From: Welwitschia mirabilis
Taxonomy: Eukaryota
NCBI GenBank assembly: GCA_051453625.1
Contig: JBOZIK010000001.1
Coordinates: 35,169,008 to 35,233,007, forward strand
Length of the DNA stretch: 64,000 nucleotides
Direction: 5' to 3'
Made by a program: the position numbers and the translations under genes
In this document: piece by piece, positions 22,431-35,508 of the stretch
How positions within the stretch are numbered: position 1 is the first letter of the stretch
Layout: each line of letters starts with the position of its first letter
The notes under the pieces: model-generated
What the model was told of the DNA's origin: nothing
Seen by the model: only the letters and a program-made list of their open reading frames with translations
Database searches by the model: none

Positions 22431-25400
22431 CTTTGCAGACTATACAATCAAAAATAGGAGGGCTTGCTTATGGAGATGATATCTAGACTTGTTTATTTTT
22501 CATATGTTTATTAAAACCATTAGTATTTGAGGTCCATCTCTTAGCATGCGTTTTATTTTAATCTTAAAAACTCTCAATGTAAAGAATAAGACATATTTTA
22601 TATCTTTTACAAATTTTATTGGAATTCAAATAAAGGGAATATAAGTTATTAATATTCATTTCTCACAGTTCAAGATGTCTTATAAAACTTTGCTAGAACA
22701 CTCATTTAAAAAACATGAAATGAATAAATTACCTAGCTAGGCAGAAGATGTCATGTCACTTGTAGGTTCTATGAAGCTATTACTGAAGTTTTTGAAAAAT
22801 CATCAAAAGTAAAATGCTTTGCTAATAAACATGCTACTCATAAATAGCCATGCAATGGCTCTTCAATAACTATTAATGAAAATGGCTCTCCAACTACTAC
22901 TTTATTGATTCAAATCATTCTGTGTTTCCANNNNNNNNNNNNNNNNNNNNNNNNNNNNNNNNNNNNNNNNNNNNNNNNNNNNNNNNNNNNNNNNNNNNNN
23001 NNNNNNNNNNNNNNNNNNNNNNNNNNNNNNNNNNNNNNNNNNNTCTTAGAATTTTAAGAACTCCCTTGTTTCTTTAAATAGCTTTATTTATTCTCACACT
23101 AACCTCCATACAATATCCTCCACATCTTTTTATGTTTTCCTTTACAATACTCCTACACATTTTTAGCATGATCTGACAGTAGCTAACTAGGACTAGAAAA
23201 TAAAATAGGCTATTTCAAGAAATTTTTTTAATATATAAGTATTGCATTAAGGGAAAATAAGAGATGCTATTATGTAATACAAATAAGAAGATGCTAATCT
23301 CATAAGCTAGAGGAGAAGACACGACTCTCTATAATGGAGGAGGACATAATCATAATATGATGTCCAATAAAACCAAAGGTATGGTTATCTACAAGGAACA
23401 TTGGTAAAAAAGGGAGCATTTAAAAATTTATCCATGCCAAAGATGGATTGTAGTACTATAGACTAAGTCTTATTATTAGAAAACTTTGAGGATGAAGGCA
23501 TTAAGTTTATAGTGTTTAAATCTGAGATTAAATTTTAAGTAGTTCTTAGGACAAGTGATTAAGACATTCTTAATCATTCAATAAGTATAGCACTAGGAGA
23601 GAGTTCTTGTAAGTTGAAATTTTTACAAATTTTCAAAATTCATCATTCCTGTTATGTTTTATAGCATGTGTCATGATAGAGGAGCCAAGCTGCAAGCAGT
23701 AAATAGATAACATCTACAAGTATCTAGCATAAGATGTTTAGCAACTACATTAAAACTTAATAATTGAAATCTAAAAGAACTACTTTAAGAAAATTACTTC
23801 TATGATTGATTTGTAAGTGATGGTAGATGTAAGTTATTTATAAGTAATTGTAACTTACATACATTACATATATCAATAGTGTAATAAATCCAATCACCTC
23901 TAAAAAAGGCTGTAAGAACTCTTGTCCCTAAATTAGTGAATACCTCTCCAGAAGGGTTTCAAGTTTCAATATCCTTTCACAATGATAAAGCTTGAGATAA
24001 ACTAAAGTATTATCTTCCTTTAAATACAAATGATTTTCTTTTGAGATAGTTTCCTAATTTGGCCATGAGACAATGAAAGCAAGGGTGGTTATTTCATTTT
24101 TTATTTTATACTCTAATTTCATGATAGCTTCATCATCATATATTTCTATAGAAAATTATGCTAAAATATTAAGGATANNNNNNNNNNNNNNNNNNNNNNN
24201 NNNNNNNNNNNNNNNNNNNNNNNNNNNNNNNNNATTTCTACTGCTGAACCAAATCTTAAATCTGCTCATTAATCGAATTTTGAATGATAAAATGCTTTGA
24301 GCTTGATTGTCCTTTGCTTTTGGTGGATCTTTTTCCATTTTATGTCCTTTCTTTTTACCATTCCAAATAAATAAGACACACATTCAGCATGTTATATGAC
24401 AATAAACATGTTTGATATATTTACTTAAAAATACTAAACATAATCCAATAATGATTGTAATTGTTAATTTAAGTTGTTTAATTATGAATATAGCAAAGTC
24501 CAATGTGACACTCTATGTGGTTCCCTAGTTCACATCCCATTTGCATGCCATTACTTTCATTTAGTATTTCTTTTTTTCTATCCCTAATAATTATTTCCTT
24601 TTTCTCTCTCTTATGAAGAATTTGTACATGATTTCTAATCCTCTTTTCACTAGTCTTATATCTATGCTAGCTCATCTGTCTTAAGGATTTAATTATTACC
24701 TCTTTGAAGTGGATTTGTAGATCTTATTATATTTTATAAAGTTTAATTGAGAATTTTGCCAATCCTACACCAAAAGCTAAAAGGAGTAAACCTATCTATT
24801 TAATGTCTATGCATTTTCGAGCATATAAACCTTCATTTTCATACACAGAATGCATGGAAATTTGATGAAACCATTAAAATGCTTTTTGTGGGTCATATTT
24901 CTTAAAGCAATATATTTTTTATTCTTAAAACTAAGCTTATAATGGAGATGGTAATGCTAAAGTATAGCCCTAGCTATGTAGATTGGTAATTGAATATCAT
25001 TGTGTTCTGACTCTTCTAGAGGTGCTAGAGGTTGGAATTGATATAAAAGATGAGTCAAACTCTCTAACACATCATAGCTCTAAAGCCAACCTTACTAAAG
25101 AACTAATTTACAACTCACCTTTGGATAGTAGTTCTAATTAAAATAATGCTTTTCTTCTACTGGGCTGATTTAATGTGAAACAAATTTTGGTCATCCTCCA
25201 TGAAATTTAGTGTAAAAAAAAATTTTGATATATGATAATATGATATGATCTTTTACTTATTTCATTTTTCTCTCATATGATATTTATGATCAGGTCTTAG
25301 TTTTAATTGATAATGTTTAATCATTCAAAGATTTTTTGAAATTTCTTTTTCAATGTCAATTCTAAAACTTTAACATGCATTTTTAAATTTCAATGCATTC

Positions 25401-25654
25401 CTCTTAACTTTTTGAAAGGAACCGAGTTTAGAAGATAAGCAGACCACTACATTAGGGCTTTTTGGAGTAAGGTGAAAAGAATTCTCTTCTATCTCTTTAT
25501 GAATTATATATGGTTATGTTTTGTTTCTCTATACAAATCAAAATTGATTATGGTCATAATGCTACTTCTATATTCATGATTTATGTATTTGGGTTTTTAT
25601 CACCTTCATATAGCAAAATCTTCTTTCTAGTGTTTTTTTTAAAAGAAGCTAAAT

Positions 25655-26051
25655 TGTTTGAGGCATGTATTTGGTAAAATGCCACAAAACGGATTTGAAG
25701 GCATTTACATAATAAATCACCTTAAAATCCTTCTAAAACTTATTTGGGGCATGTTATTAGAGAAATGCCTTAAAAGCTACTTTAAGGTGTTTTATATAGA
25801 AATGCCTCAAAATTCCTATTAAGGCATTTATCTAGTGAAGTTCCTCAAAAGGGCTTTTAAGAAATTCATTTAGAAAATGCCTTAAAACACAGTTTAAGGC
25901 ATTCTTATCTAGACGCCTTATAAATACCTTAAGAGCATATAGGCTTTTAAGGCATGGCTTGTTAAGGCCTTTTGTGAAGAAACACCTTAAAAGTATTTAA
26001 GGCATTTTTTAGTGCTTTTTAAATTGTTTTAGAAATGCATTAAAAGCCTAT
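25655..26051. repeat. Right subterminal repeat array of the CACTA element
   Basis: More than 15 alternating-orientation variants, including aaatgccttaaaag, tttaaggtgttt, aaatgcctcaaaa, ttaaggcattt, agacgcctta, aacaccttaaaag and tttaaggcattttt. Confidence 0.88.
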
Positions 26052-26064
26052 AATTCTTCTAGTA

Positions 26065-26255
26065 TAAGTTTAACAACAAATCCCAAACTTAATTTTCTTT
26101 TGTTTCAGTTTCATCATAGGATTGAAATACGTGTATTACTTCTATTTACTTATATTCAAATTATCCCTATGGAGGAACTATATAGTTGCTTACTTGGTCT
26201 TTATTAACATCTACCTTTATACTATAATAAATAAATTTTTAGTAAATAGATATTA
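26065..26255 (+). repeat. Athila-type LTR copy, 3' remainder after the CACTA insertion
   Basis: Colinear with 32708-32910: aaatcccaaactt/aaatctcaaactt, ataggatt, and ttattaacatctacctttatacta/ttattgatatttacctttatatta. Confidence 0.78.
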
Positions 26256-27163
26256 GCACTATTATATCTCTAATAATCTATTTATGACATGATCAATTAC
26301 ATCAAGGTTATAAAAAATCATCAGCAATACAATACTATTTTCTTTATAAAATAACATGATTAATTCTATTAGAAGAAAAGTTTGTAACATTGGATACTAA
26401 ATTTGATCTAAGGTCTTAAAATAAAGAGCATGTGTAATTATTGAAAAGGTAAATATTGAAAATAAAATGTTGGATTTGGAGATACTTTTGTAATTACTTT
26501 TTTTAACTTATGTATTTGAAAATTTGTTTACTAATTTTTGAATTTTTATATATTAACTTAAAGAATAATTTTTTCTCCTAGCATTCTAATCCATTTTTAA
26601 AAAATNNNNNNNNNNNNNNNNNNNNNNNNNNNNNNNNNNNNNNNNNNNNNNNNNNNNNNNNNNNNNNNNNNNNNNNNNNNNNNNNNNNNNNNNNNNNNNN
26701 NNNNNNNNNNNNNNNNNNNNNNNNNNNNNNNNNNNNNNNNNNNNNNNNNNNNNNNNNNNNNNNNNNNNNNNNNNNNNNNNNNNNNNNNNNNNNNNNNNNN
26801 NNNNNNNNNNNNNNNNNNNNNNNNNNNNNNNNNNNNNNNNNNNNNNNNNNNNNNNNNNNNNNNNNNNNNNNNNNNNNNNNNNNNNNNNNNNNNNNNNNNN
26901 NNNNNNNNNNNNNNNNNNNNNNNNNNNNNNNNNNNNNNNNNNNNNNNNNNNNNNNNNNNNNNNNNNNNNNNNNNNNNNNNNNNNNNNNNNNNNNNNNNNN
27001 NNNNNNNNNNNNNNNNNNNNNNNNNNNNNNNNNNNNNNNNNNNNNNNNNNNNNNNNNNNNNNNNNNNNNNNNNNNNNNNNNNNNNNNNNNNNNNNNNNNN
27101 NNNNNNNNNNNNNNNNNNNNNNNNNNNNNNNNNNNNNNNNNNNNNNNNNNNNNNNNNNNNCTT

Positions 27164-27167
<4 letters not shown>

Positions 27168-27194
<27 letters not shown>

Positions 27195-27229
27195 TTATAT
27201 ATATATATATATATAATATATATATATAT
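27168..27229. repeat. Compound (CT)n-(TA)n microsatellite
   Basis: Read directly from the sequence, adjacent to a gap. Confidence 0.95.
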
Positions 27230-28499
27230 TAATCATAATGTTCTATGAGAAAACACAACCACAAACATAATTTCATTTTCTCTGAAAAGACTAGTAACAC
27301 ATCCAAACCATTGATAAACCTAAACACTCTAATGATCCAACTTTGCCTTCTCAACTTTAAAATATTCTCAATTTTATTTTTCCTTCCATCACCCTTATAA
27401 GTATAGTGATCTACTAATTCTATAATCAAACTTGCATCCACCACATAGCCTCTTATTCCTCTTTTAGTTGATACTATTACCTGTCATAACTTTTAGCATC
27501 ATCATTTATGCAGTTTCTGCAAGCATCTTCTTCTTATAGTTTTATCATACATGTCTTAATCCTTTTCATAGTTAGGGCATGTTACTTATCTTACAAATTT
27601 TTATTTTTTTGCATATCTTTCATAAACTATTTATTGAAATCTCTCTCTTTTATTACATTTTTTTAAACTTAACTTGACCACTTCTTATTTCATCTTCCTC
27701 GCTCTCTACCATTACTCTATATTTTTTTGTTTTTTTCCTGATTTTTACAAAATGATGAGTAAGAGTTAAGTTGCTTTTATTGAGGGAGAAATCTTTAGCC
27801 TTTTTTTTTTTTTTTTGATATTTTTTACTTCATCTTACATTGTCAAAATCAAAACTAAAGGATGAAACTATTTGCTAAAAGAGGCTAATTCATTTTACTA
27901 CCCTAAGAAAGTACTTAAAAATTTTATAAGAATGTCCAATTTGATGATGAAGACTCTTATGTAATCCATTCATGTACTTAAGACACTTCCCTTTTTATTT
28001 CTTTAACTAATTCTAATGTAATCTTAGGGGTAGATTACTCAAATCATCTTTCATTTTATTTAGTAAAAAATTGAAATATTATTCTCACACCTTGGATTTA
28101 GAGTACGCTTCTAATTAAAAATGGTGTTCTACCATGTAAGTTTTTACATAAAATCCAACTTGATTTATTTTGATTTATCATTCATAATGTTTTACCTACA
28201 TTACATGTCACTGATGTTTATAGTAACCATTTACATCTCATTAAAATGATCTAGAAAAATAGACCATTTAACATAACTAAAGTGTTAATTGAAATCATTA
28301 TAAACCACCTAGGACATAAAGTCAACATTAATTTATCTTTTCTTATTTTAAGCATCATCAGTAATACCCTTTACCAAACATTAGATTATAAAGGTTAGGA
28401 GATAGGTTATATAAAAACCATCACATCCTATAAGATTTTTCAAGTACAAAAGTACCAAAATACTAATTGGATACCAGGGAAATAGCAAGAGTAGTATGA

Positions 28500-29825
28500 A
28501 GAGTAAAAAATAGCAGCAAGAAAAAAAAAATTCATTATGATCCTATTGAGTTAGTATTTGCCAAGTTGATGTCAAACTAACATTTTCTATTTAGTAAAAC
28601 ATGTTGTATCTTATGCAAAAAATATTAATCTTTAGAGGTTAGAAGCAAAAATAATTTATCATAAATATTTTCTAAACTTGATAGTTTTCATACCATTTAA
28701 AGGATCAACTGGATTCCTAAATGATCAACTGAACCTAAATCATAAACTATCACAAACTAATTATAGATGGATTAACTAGATTCCTAAGGAATTGACTAGA
28801 CCTGAGCATCAAATATTTTACATCTGATCATCAAGAAATTAACTAGATTCAGAGGGTTTTACTAGACTTAGAGTGAAATATTTCCATCCTTTATCAATAA
28901 GGGGTTAACTGGACTTTTAAGGGATTGATCGGACCTCGGTCATAAATACTATTTTTCATTTTCCTAGGCATTGGAAAAACCAAATAAACATGTAAGTGAT
29001 TAGACATGCAGTCAACCAGATCTTGAGAGATCAACCGAACATGAAACCATAAGAAACAAGGGTTGACTGAAAGAAGATCAAGGTGACCAACTTCAATAAT
29101 AGTATCAAATAATTTAACTAGACATTTCGAGGGGCCAACTAGCCATAATGGAAATGGAATTTTTCTAGTCATTTGAATACTTGTTTTTTATTCATTGGGA
29201 TAAGCTTTTAACTTGTAAAAACCCTAAAAAGCTTCTCCTATATATTTTTCAAGAGTCAAAATCATTGTATCATTTTTGGAAATCATTATAGTACTCATTA
29301 GCACATCCTCTATTTCACCAAAGATGAACAAATAGTTATTGTAATCATTTATACTTGGTCACTCAGGTGCACTATACATTTATAGATTATACTATCATCT
29401 CAAGCAGTGTAGCAATATCATTCTTGAGCTAGAGACCTTGTGGAACCTATGCATTATGTCATGTCATTGTCATTGCATTGCATTATTTTTAAGAATTGAG
29501 ACTAAGCCTCAGAAAAGTCCAATTATAAAGGTTACAGATAAACCTAGATATTACCTAGAAAGTGATTAACAAAGATCTGTATTAGAATTGGGTAGAAGCT
29601 AATCACCAGGAGTGGAGTAGGGGATTTCTTGAATCATTATAAATCCTGTGATCATCTTTATTGGTATTTTTGTGCTTTTATTTCTTTACTTTTATATTAT
29701 TTTTAGTTCTTCATTTGCACAAATATTTTAGTATTTATTTTTTTTATGGAGATAGCTAGGAATATATTTACTTAATTTTTTAAATTGTATTCATGCTCCC
29801 CCTTCTTTTTTCCCCCACAAGGTTC
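28500..29825 (+). repeat. SIRE-type (copia) LTR remnant, probably solo; 5' boundary uncertain
   Basis: An array of decayed (G/A)TCGACCGGA-type motifs spans 28700-29150 (gatcaactgga, attgactagac, attgatcggac, gtcaaccaga, gatcaaccgaa). There is a TATA-like cctatatat at ~29237, U5-like gagtggagtagg..gaatcattataaatcctgtg at ~29610, and an end motif attcatgctccccttct. Confidence 0.6.
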
Positions 29826-30576
29826 TAGATCCTTTAGATCCTTATTCTATTCATTCTATTTCTTCATGCATAACTCTATATGTACCTTTAACAACTTATT
29901 GTAAGACAAGGAGCCAATTGAACAATCTTCTCATTCTTTTCTTTCTTCTTCTTTTTCTCAAAATTCATACTCTTACTCTTATTCATCTAGTAAAACATTT
30001 TTGGATTAGATACCATAAGAGCATAAGAGATGGATTAATAAGTTATGGGGCTAAATTAAAAAAAATTATCAAGTGTCAAAAGGACATATCATGAAAGCAA
30101 CAGGAAATGAATGGAAAATTAAAATTATTAATCTCTCATAGAAATGTTTTAATTAAAATTGCATTTTATTGTATGCATTATAGTATGTTGAAGTATTTTA
30201 CAAGTATGTTTTATTAAAATGTTTTTTTATTTAGTTTGAAGTGTTTACATTATAATGTTTGTTAGTTTGAAGTATGTTGCATTAAGTGATTTTCTAGCTT
30301 GTAGTATAAAAATCCATGTAATGAAAATTTTTCCTTTCAAAAAATTAACTTATTCTCAAAAGAACTGTATAAAAGTTTTCTATCTTTTTTAACATTAATG
30401 ATAAAGTTCAATTTTGATTAGAAGGTATGATATCCATTTTTCAATGAATTTTGCTAATTTTGATGCCTTATTTATTCAAAAATAATTAAAATTCTTTGAA
30501 AAGTTAAATTATTTTCATACTTAAATATTTTTCTTAGACATTTTTTTAATGTTGATCATTGCTTTATTAATGTTTT

Positions 30577-32910
30577 TACTAAGAAATTGGTAAATGTTTA
30601 GTTAAGGGTGCATTTACATGCAAAAATTAAAATTCAAACTAAGTATATGTAATTAATTTATCTTAGGCAAAGATAATCAATAATCATTTTTATCACAAAA
30701 TTATGTCTTCTACCATTTTATATGTTATTTTTAAAATTATGAACTTTCCCATAACAATTTTAGATTAATTTTTGCCTTCTCAAAGACATGTTAAAAATTG
30801 AAGAAAATCCAAAAGAAAATGTTGATGTTACTATATAAACAATTAATGCTATCAGTGTTTTAGATCAGAATTGGTGTATTATGAAATTCATTACATTCCT
30901 CTTATAGACTTAGTAAGACATTAAATTAAACATCATGATTAAATTCTATTATACATGGCAGAGGTGCAAATTGACATGTGATAATAACATGTGGTAGTAA
31001 CAAGTATGAGGATATGGAAGACCGATGGCAATATCATCTAGTAGTAATAGCATCATCATCCAAAGGCCATGTCATCACCAATTTCACGAGAAAATAAATA
31101 ATTCTTTTGAAAATTGCATCGCAAAAGTTGTAACCTCCATAATTATAACCACCCAAAGTATAACCTTTTCTTTTTGTAACTAATACTAATCACTAAAAGT
31201 CAAAGGCTTGTAACCTTATTCAATTCTTCCCTTACTTATAATAGAGCCTTGTCTTCCATTATGAAGTATCTTTTATTGGAGTAAAACATAGTGAAATATT
31301 TTGAGCATTAGGTTAACATGACTTTTTAAGCACCTTTGTTGGTAGTAGACCTATCCTGAGACTAGTTCAAGGAGTTTGTATTAGCTTCATCTTTCTCATT
31401 TAATGTAATGTATTTTCCTCATTTACTTCTAGGGTGGTTGTTCATTATTTTATTTTAGTGTATGTAATTAGTACTTTTAATCCTTGAATAATATTATTCC
31501 TTNNNNNNNNNNNNNNNNNNNNNNNNNNNNNNNNNNNNNNNNNNNNNNNNNNNNNNNNNNNNNNNNNNNNNNNNNNNNNNNNNNNNNNNNNNNNNNNNNN
31601 NNNNNNNNNNNNNNNNNNNNNNNNNNNNNNNNNNNNNNNNNNNNNNNNNNNNNNNNNNNNNNNNNNNNNNNNNNNNNNNNNNNNNNNNNNNNNNNNNNNN
31701 NNNNNNNNNNNNNNNNNNNNNNNNNNNNNNNNNNNNNNNNNNNNNNNNNNNNNNNNNNNNNNNNNNNNNNNNNNNNNNNNNNNNNNNNNNNNNNNNNNNN
31801 NNNNNNNNNNNNNNNNNNNNNNNNNNNNNNNNNNNNNNNNNNNNNNNNNNNNNNNNNNNNNNNNNNNNNNNNNNNNNNNNNNNNNNNNNNNNNNNNNNNN
31901 NNNNNNNNNNNNNNNNNNNNNNNNNNNNNNNNNNNNNNNNNNNNNNNNNNNNNNNNNNNNNNNNNNNNNNNNNNNNNNNNNNNNNNNNNNNNNNNNNNNN
32001 NNNNNNNNNNNNNNNNNNNNNNNNNNNNNNNNNNNNNNNNNNNNNNNNNNNNNNNNNNNNNNNNNNNNNNNNNNNNNNNNNNNNNNNNNNNNNNNNNNNN
32101 NNNNNNNNNNNNNNNNNNNNNNNNNNNNNNNNNNNNNNNNNNNNNNNNNNNNNNNNNNNNNNNNNNNNNNNNNNNNNNNNNNNNNNNNNNNNNNNNNNNN
32201 NNNNNNNNNNNNNNNNNNNNNNNNNNNNNNNNNNNNNNNNNNNNNNNNNNNNNNNNNNNNNNNNNNNNNNNNNNNNNNNNNNNNNNNNNNNNNNNNNNNN
32301 NNNNNNNNNNNNNNNNNNNNNNNNNNNNNNNNNNNNNNNNNNNNNNNAGATATTGCATGTAATCAGTACTTATAATCCTTAAGTGAGTCTACATTGTTAA
32401 GTTCTTTTGATATGGAGTGAATTTTATAAAGTTAAGTTATGAGTTATAGTTACTTTTATATTATATGTTTTAAGTATAATTGTCCTTACTTTTTATGTTT
32501 ATGAAGGAATATGAAGAATCGAGATGACATTTAAATTCACCAACATTCATGTGATGAATGATATTACATCACCACACTTAAGCCATCATGACTTAGTAAT
32601 TTGAGCTTATGTTTTAGGAATTACAGGATATTATTAGAGTTCAGATATGGTATTGGATAAGTTAATCTAAATCTTTGAATCTTGTTTAATTTCTTACATC
32701 ACCCATCTAAGTTCCTCGAAAAAAAAATCTCAAACTTTAATTTATTTTATTCTAATTTTATTATAGGATTAAATAATTGTGTTACTCTTTTTTAAGTTTT
32801 ATCCTAAGTATTCCTATGAAATAACAATAGTAGGTTCTCATTTGGTTTTTATTGATATTTACCTTTATATTACAACTAATAGACTTTTAGCAAATAATAA
32901 AGCATATCAA
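30577..32910 (+). mobile_element. Athila-type PPT plus 3' LTR (uninterrupted paralog of 14839-26255), contains an 846-N gap
   Basis: A decayed Athila-like pre-LTR motif ttactaagaaattggtaaatgtttagttaagggtg lies at ~30577-30610. The sequence after it is homologous to the 14.8-16.1 kb and 26.07-26.25 kb pieces and ends ...gcatatca near 32908. Confidence 0.72.
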
Positions 32911-34953
32911 AGTCAAGTTCCACTACATCAAAGAGTTATACTTAGAAGGATTCATCTAACTGAGTTATGTAAATATCAATAGAAAATATCAAATGGACTT
33001 ACAAAATGGATTAAAGAAAATAAATTTTAGTAATCATAGAATCCCTACAAATAAAACATAAAAACCTAGAAGTTTAAGGGATAATATTAGATAAAATCAT
33101 GTTAATAATAAATCATTTACATAACATATTTCATTCCCACAAATAGGTCTATTTCATCTAATAAAAGAAGACTCTAAGTCATTATGTTTGTATAAGTAAT
33201 AACTTAAGATAATTACTTTTAATGAAGCATCACAACTATTTAAAAGTTGCTTTGTGAAGAGTTACATCTTTTTTTATAATTTATAAACTGTACTATGTTA
33301 CATTAAATGTATTTAATTTAGTTGTAGTTCATTCATTTTTTAATTCATTTAGTTGACTTTATAAAATGTGTTTCATAAAAATTAAATTATTATGCTCTCT
33401 TATATTTTATTTCATGTTTCATTAAGTTTCTTATATTTTTTTTGCTTCTTCATATAAAATCTTAACATAAGAATGAAAAAACAATAAAGTAGAAACCATT
33501 TATAAATAGCCAAATATACTTTTAAAATGCAAAAATGATAAAATGTTTTCATGAATTGATACGTTTTTTTCAAGATATTTATAAACGGATTTTCTAAAGC
33601 TATGTACCCATGATTCTGATAATTAAGAAATATATAGTTTTGACATTGATAAAGCTAAAAAATCATGATTTCAACAAATTAAAAGTAAGCATAGTAGAAG
33701 AAACCATTTTAACAAATAGGCAGTTTTCAAATAAAATGTGATACAAGTAGTTTTATCATTAGAGGAGTGTAAAACTAAGAATAAAATCTTCTATAATTAT
33801 GTAGTTAGAAATTAAATGAAGATAATATAACATATTTAATTTTTGAAAAATAACTTTACACAAATGTCCAAGCATTAAAATATTAAAACACTATTTACTT
33901 CATAAAGTGCTAATTTTATTTTTAGATCATAAATATTTACAATATCTCATTAGGAAAAATAAATTAAGTGAAAATAAAGAAAAATGGATAGAAAAATATT
34001 CAAGAATACAAGTTTATAATTAAGCATAGAAAAGATACATCTCATCAAGTGGTTGATTTTTTATGAAGACAACATTACCTGAAAACTTTTAATTAAGAAA
34101 ATATATATTATTTTAATCATTTGAATAATTCATATAAAGAGGAGTAAGATTTTTACAATGTATAAAAGGAATTATAGACTAAGTATCTTAGTTTATAGAT
34201 AGTAATACTTATTTGTGATAACAACAACAATAGAATTAATCACTCTTTATCTAATCAAACCATAAGAATCTCAAACATATGATTTCTAATTTCCTAAATA
34301 AGAAGATTTAAGAAAGTGATACTACTTAAGTCTTATAATTAGCATAAGGATAATAACAATTTAAAAAGAAAATATGGATAGCTATCTAAGAAAGTTTGTT
34401 AATAATTAATTATTAAAATTAATAAATAATAAAACTATTTTATTTTTAAGTAATTTTAATTTAATTCATAAATTTATTTCACCTAAAATAATCAGATGAT
34501 TTAAAAATAAAACTTTAATATAAAATTTGAACATAACATAGAATTAATTTCTATAACACAATTATATCTTGAGCATATTATTGATTCTTAAGAGTAGAGT
34601 TAAAAAAGAAATATTTAAAGCAAGTGTATCAACTTGAAGCATGTCTATGTTATTTTTAAAAATAAAGGGAAAACCCCTTAGACCATGCTTAAATTATAGA
34701 AAGATAAATAAGGTAATTATAAATAATAAGTACTCCTTATCAGTCATTGATGGTTTGTTGAACCAATTGTAAGGGTTAGCATTCTTACTTAAAATTAACC
34801 TAAACTATATTTATTACTAAGTTATGATTAATGAAGAAAAAATATCCTAAACTTTTAGATGTGCTATGAACATAACACGTTTACTATGATGTCTTTTTTA
34901 TTCACTAATTATAATGGTTCATGTGGAATCCATAGAAAAATAATAAAGAAAGC

Positions 34954-34955
<2 letters not shown>

Positions 34956-35030
<75 letters not shown>

Positions 35031-35152
35031 ACNNNNNNNNNNNNNNNNNNNNNNNNNNNNNNNNNNNNNNNNNNNNNNNNNNNNNNNNNNNNNNNNNNNN
35101 NNNNNNNNNNNNNNNNNNNNNNNNNNNNNNNNCACACACACATACACACACA
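34956..35152. repeat. (CA)n microsatellite spanning a 100-N gap
   Basis: Read directly from the sequence. Confidence 0.95.
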
Positions 35153-35433
35153 AACTTAGTAATGAAATAAATAATCAAATATAATATATCTTGCTTAAGG
35201 GTTTACTTGAACTCTTTAAGTTCTTATTTATAAATTAGTTAAATATGTATTCAAATAAATTAAATGATAAAGAAATAGAAAACTCACAAGGCACATAAGA
35301 AATACCTTAGGATTCATTATAATCATGTAAGAACACTTGTAAGATAATCAAAGTCAGCTTAATATAATATACTATCAAAAGGAAAAATTTATGACATAGA
35401 TGTATTAATGTAAGGTGCTAAGATAATGCATTA

Positions 35434-35447
35434 CGCGCGCGCGCGCG

Positions 35448-35504
<57 letters not shown>
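35434..35504. repeat. (CG)9-(CA)n compound microsatellite
   Basis: cgcgcgcgcgcgcgcgcgc (35434-35452) is followed by (AC)n. Confidence 0.95.

Positions 35505-35508
<4 letters not shown>

Larger units (their letters stand above)
16090..26064. mobile_element. Non-autonomous CACTA (En/Spm)-type DNA transposon carrying captured gene fragments (Pack-CACTA), ~10 kb, decayed
   Basis: The left end AGCTATAATAAATAGAGGCTTTTGAGGCATT (16090-) matches the reverse complement of the right end TACTAGAAGAATTATAGGCTTTTAATGCATT (-26064), i.e. decayed CACTA(C/G)AAGAA termini. TAA is duplicated at 16087-16089 and 26065-26067. Dense AAGGC(A/G)TTT / AAA(T/C)GCCTT subterminal repeats lie at both ends. The flanks rejoin to match the uninterrupted LTR copy near 32705 (ATC-TAA-GTT). 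Confidence 0.88.

Noticed and set aside
16087-26067. PIF/Harbinger or Helitron identity for the 10-kb insertion
   Set aside because: A TAA TSD would fit Harbinger, but the termini are CACTA-like with typical subterminal repeat arrays. Helitrons lack TIRs and TSDs.
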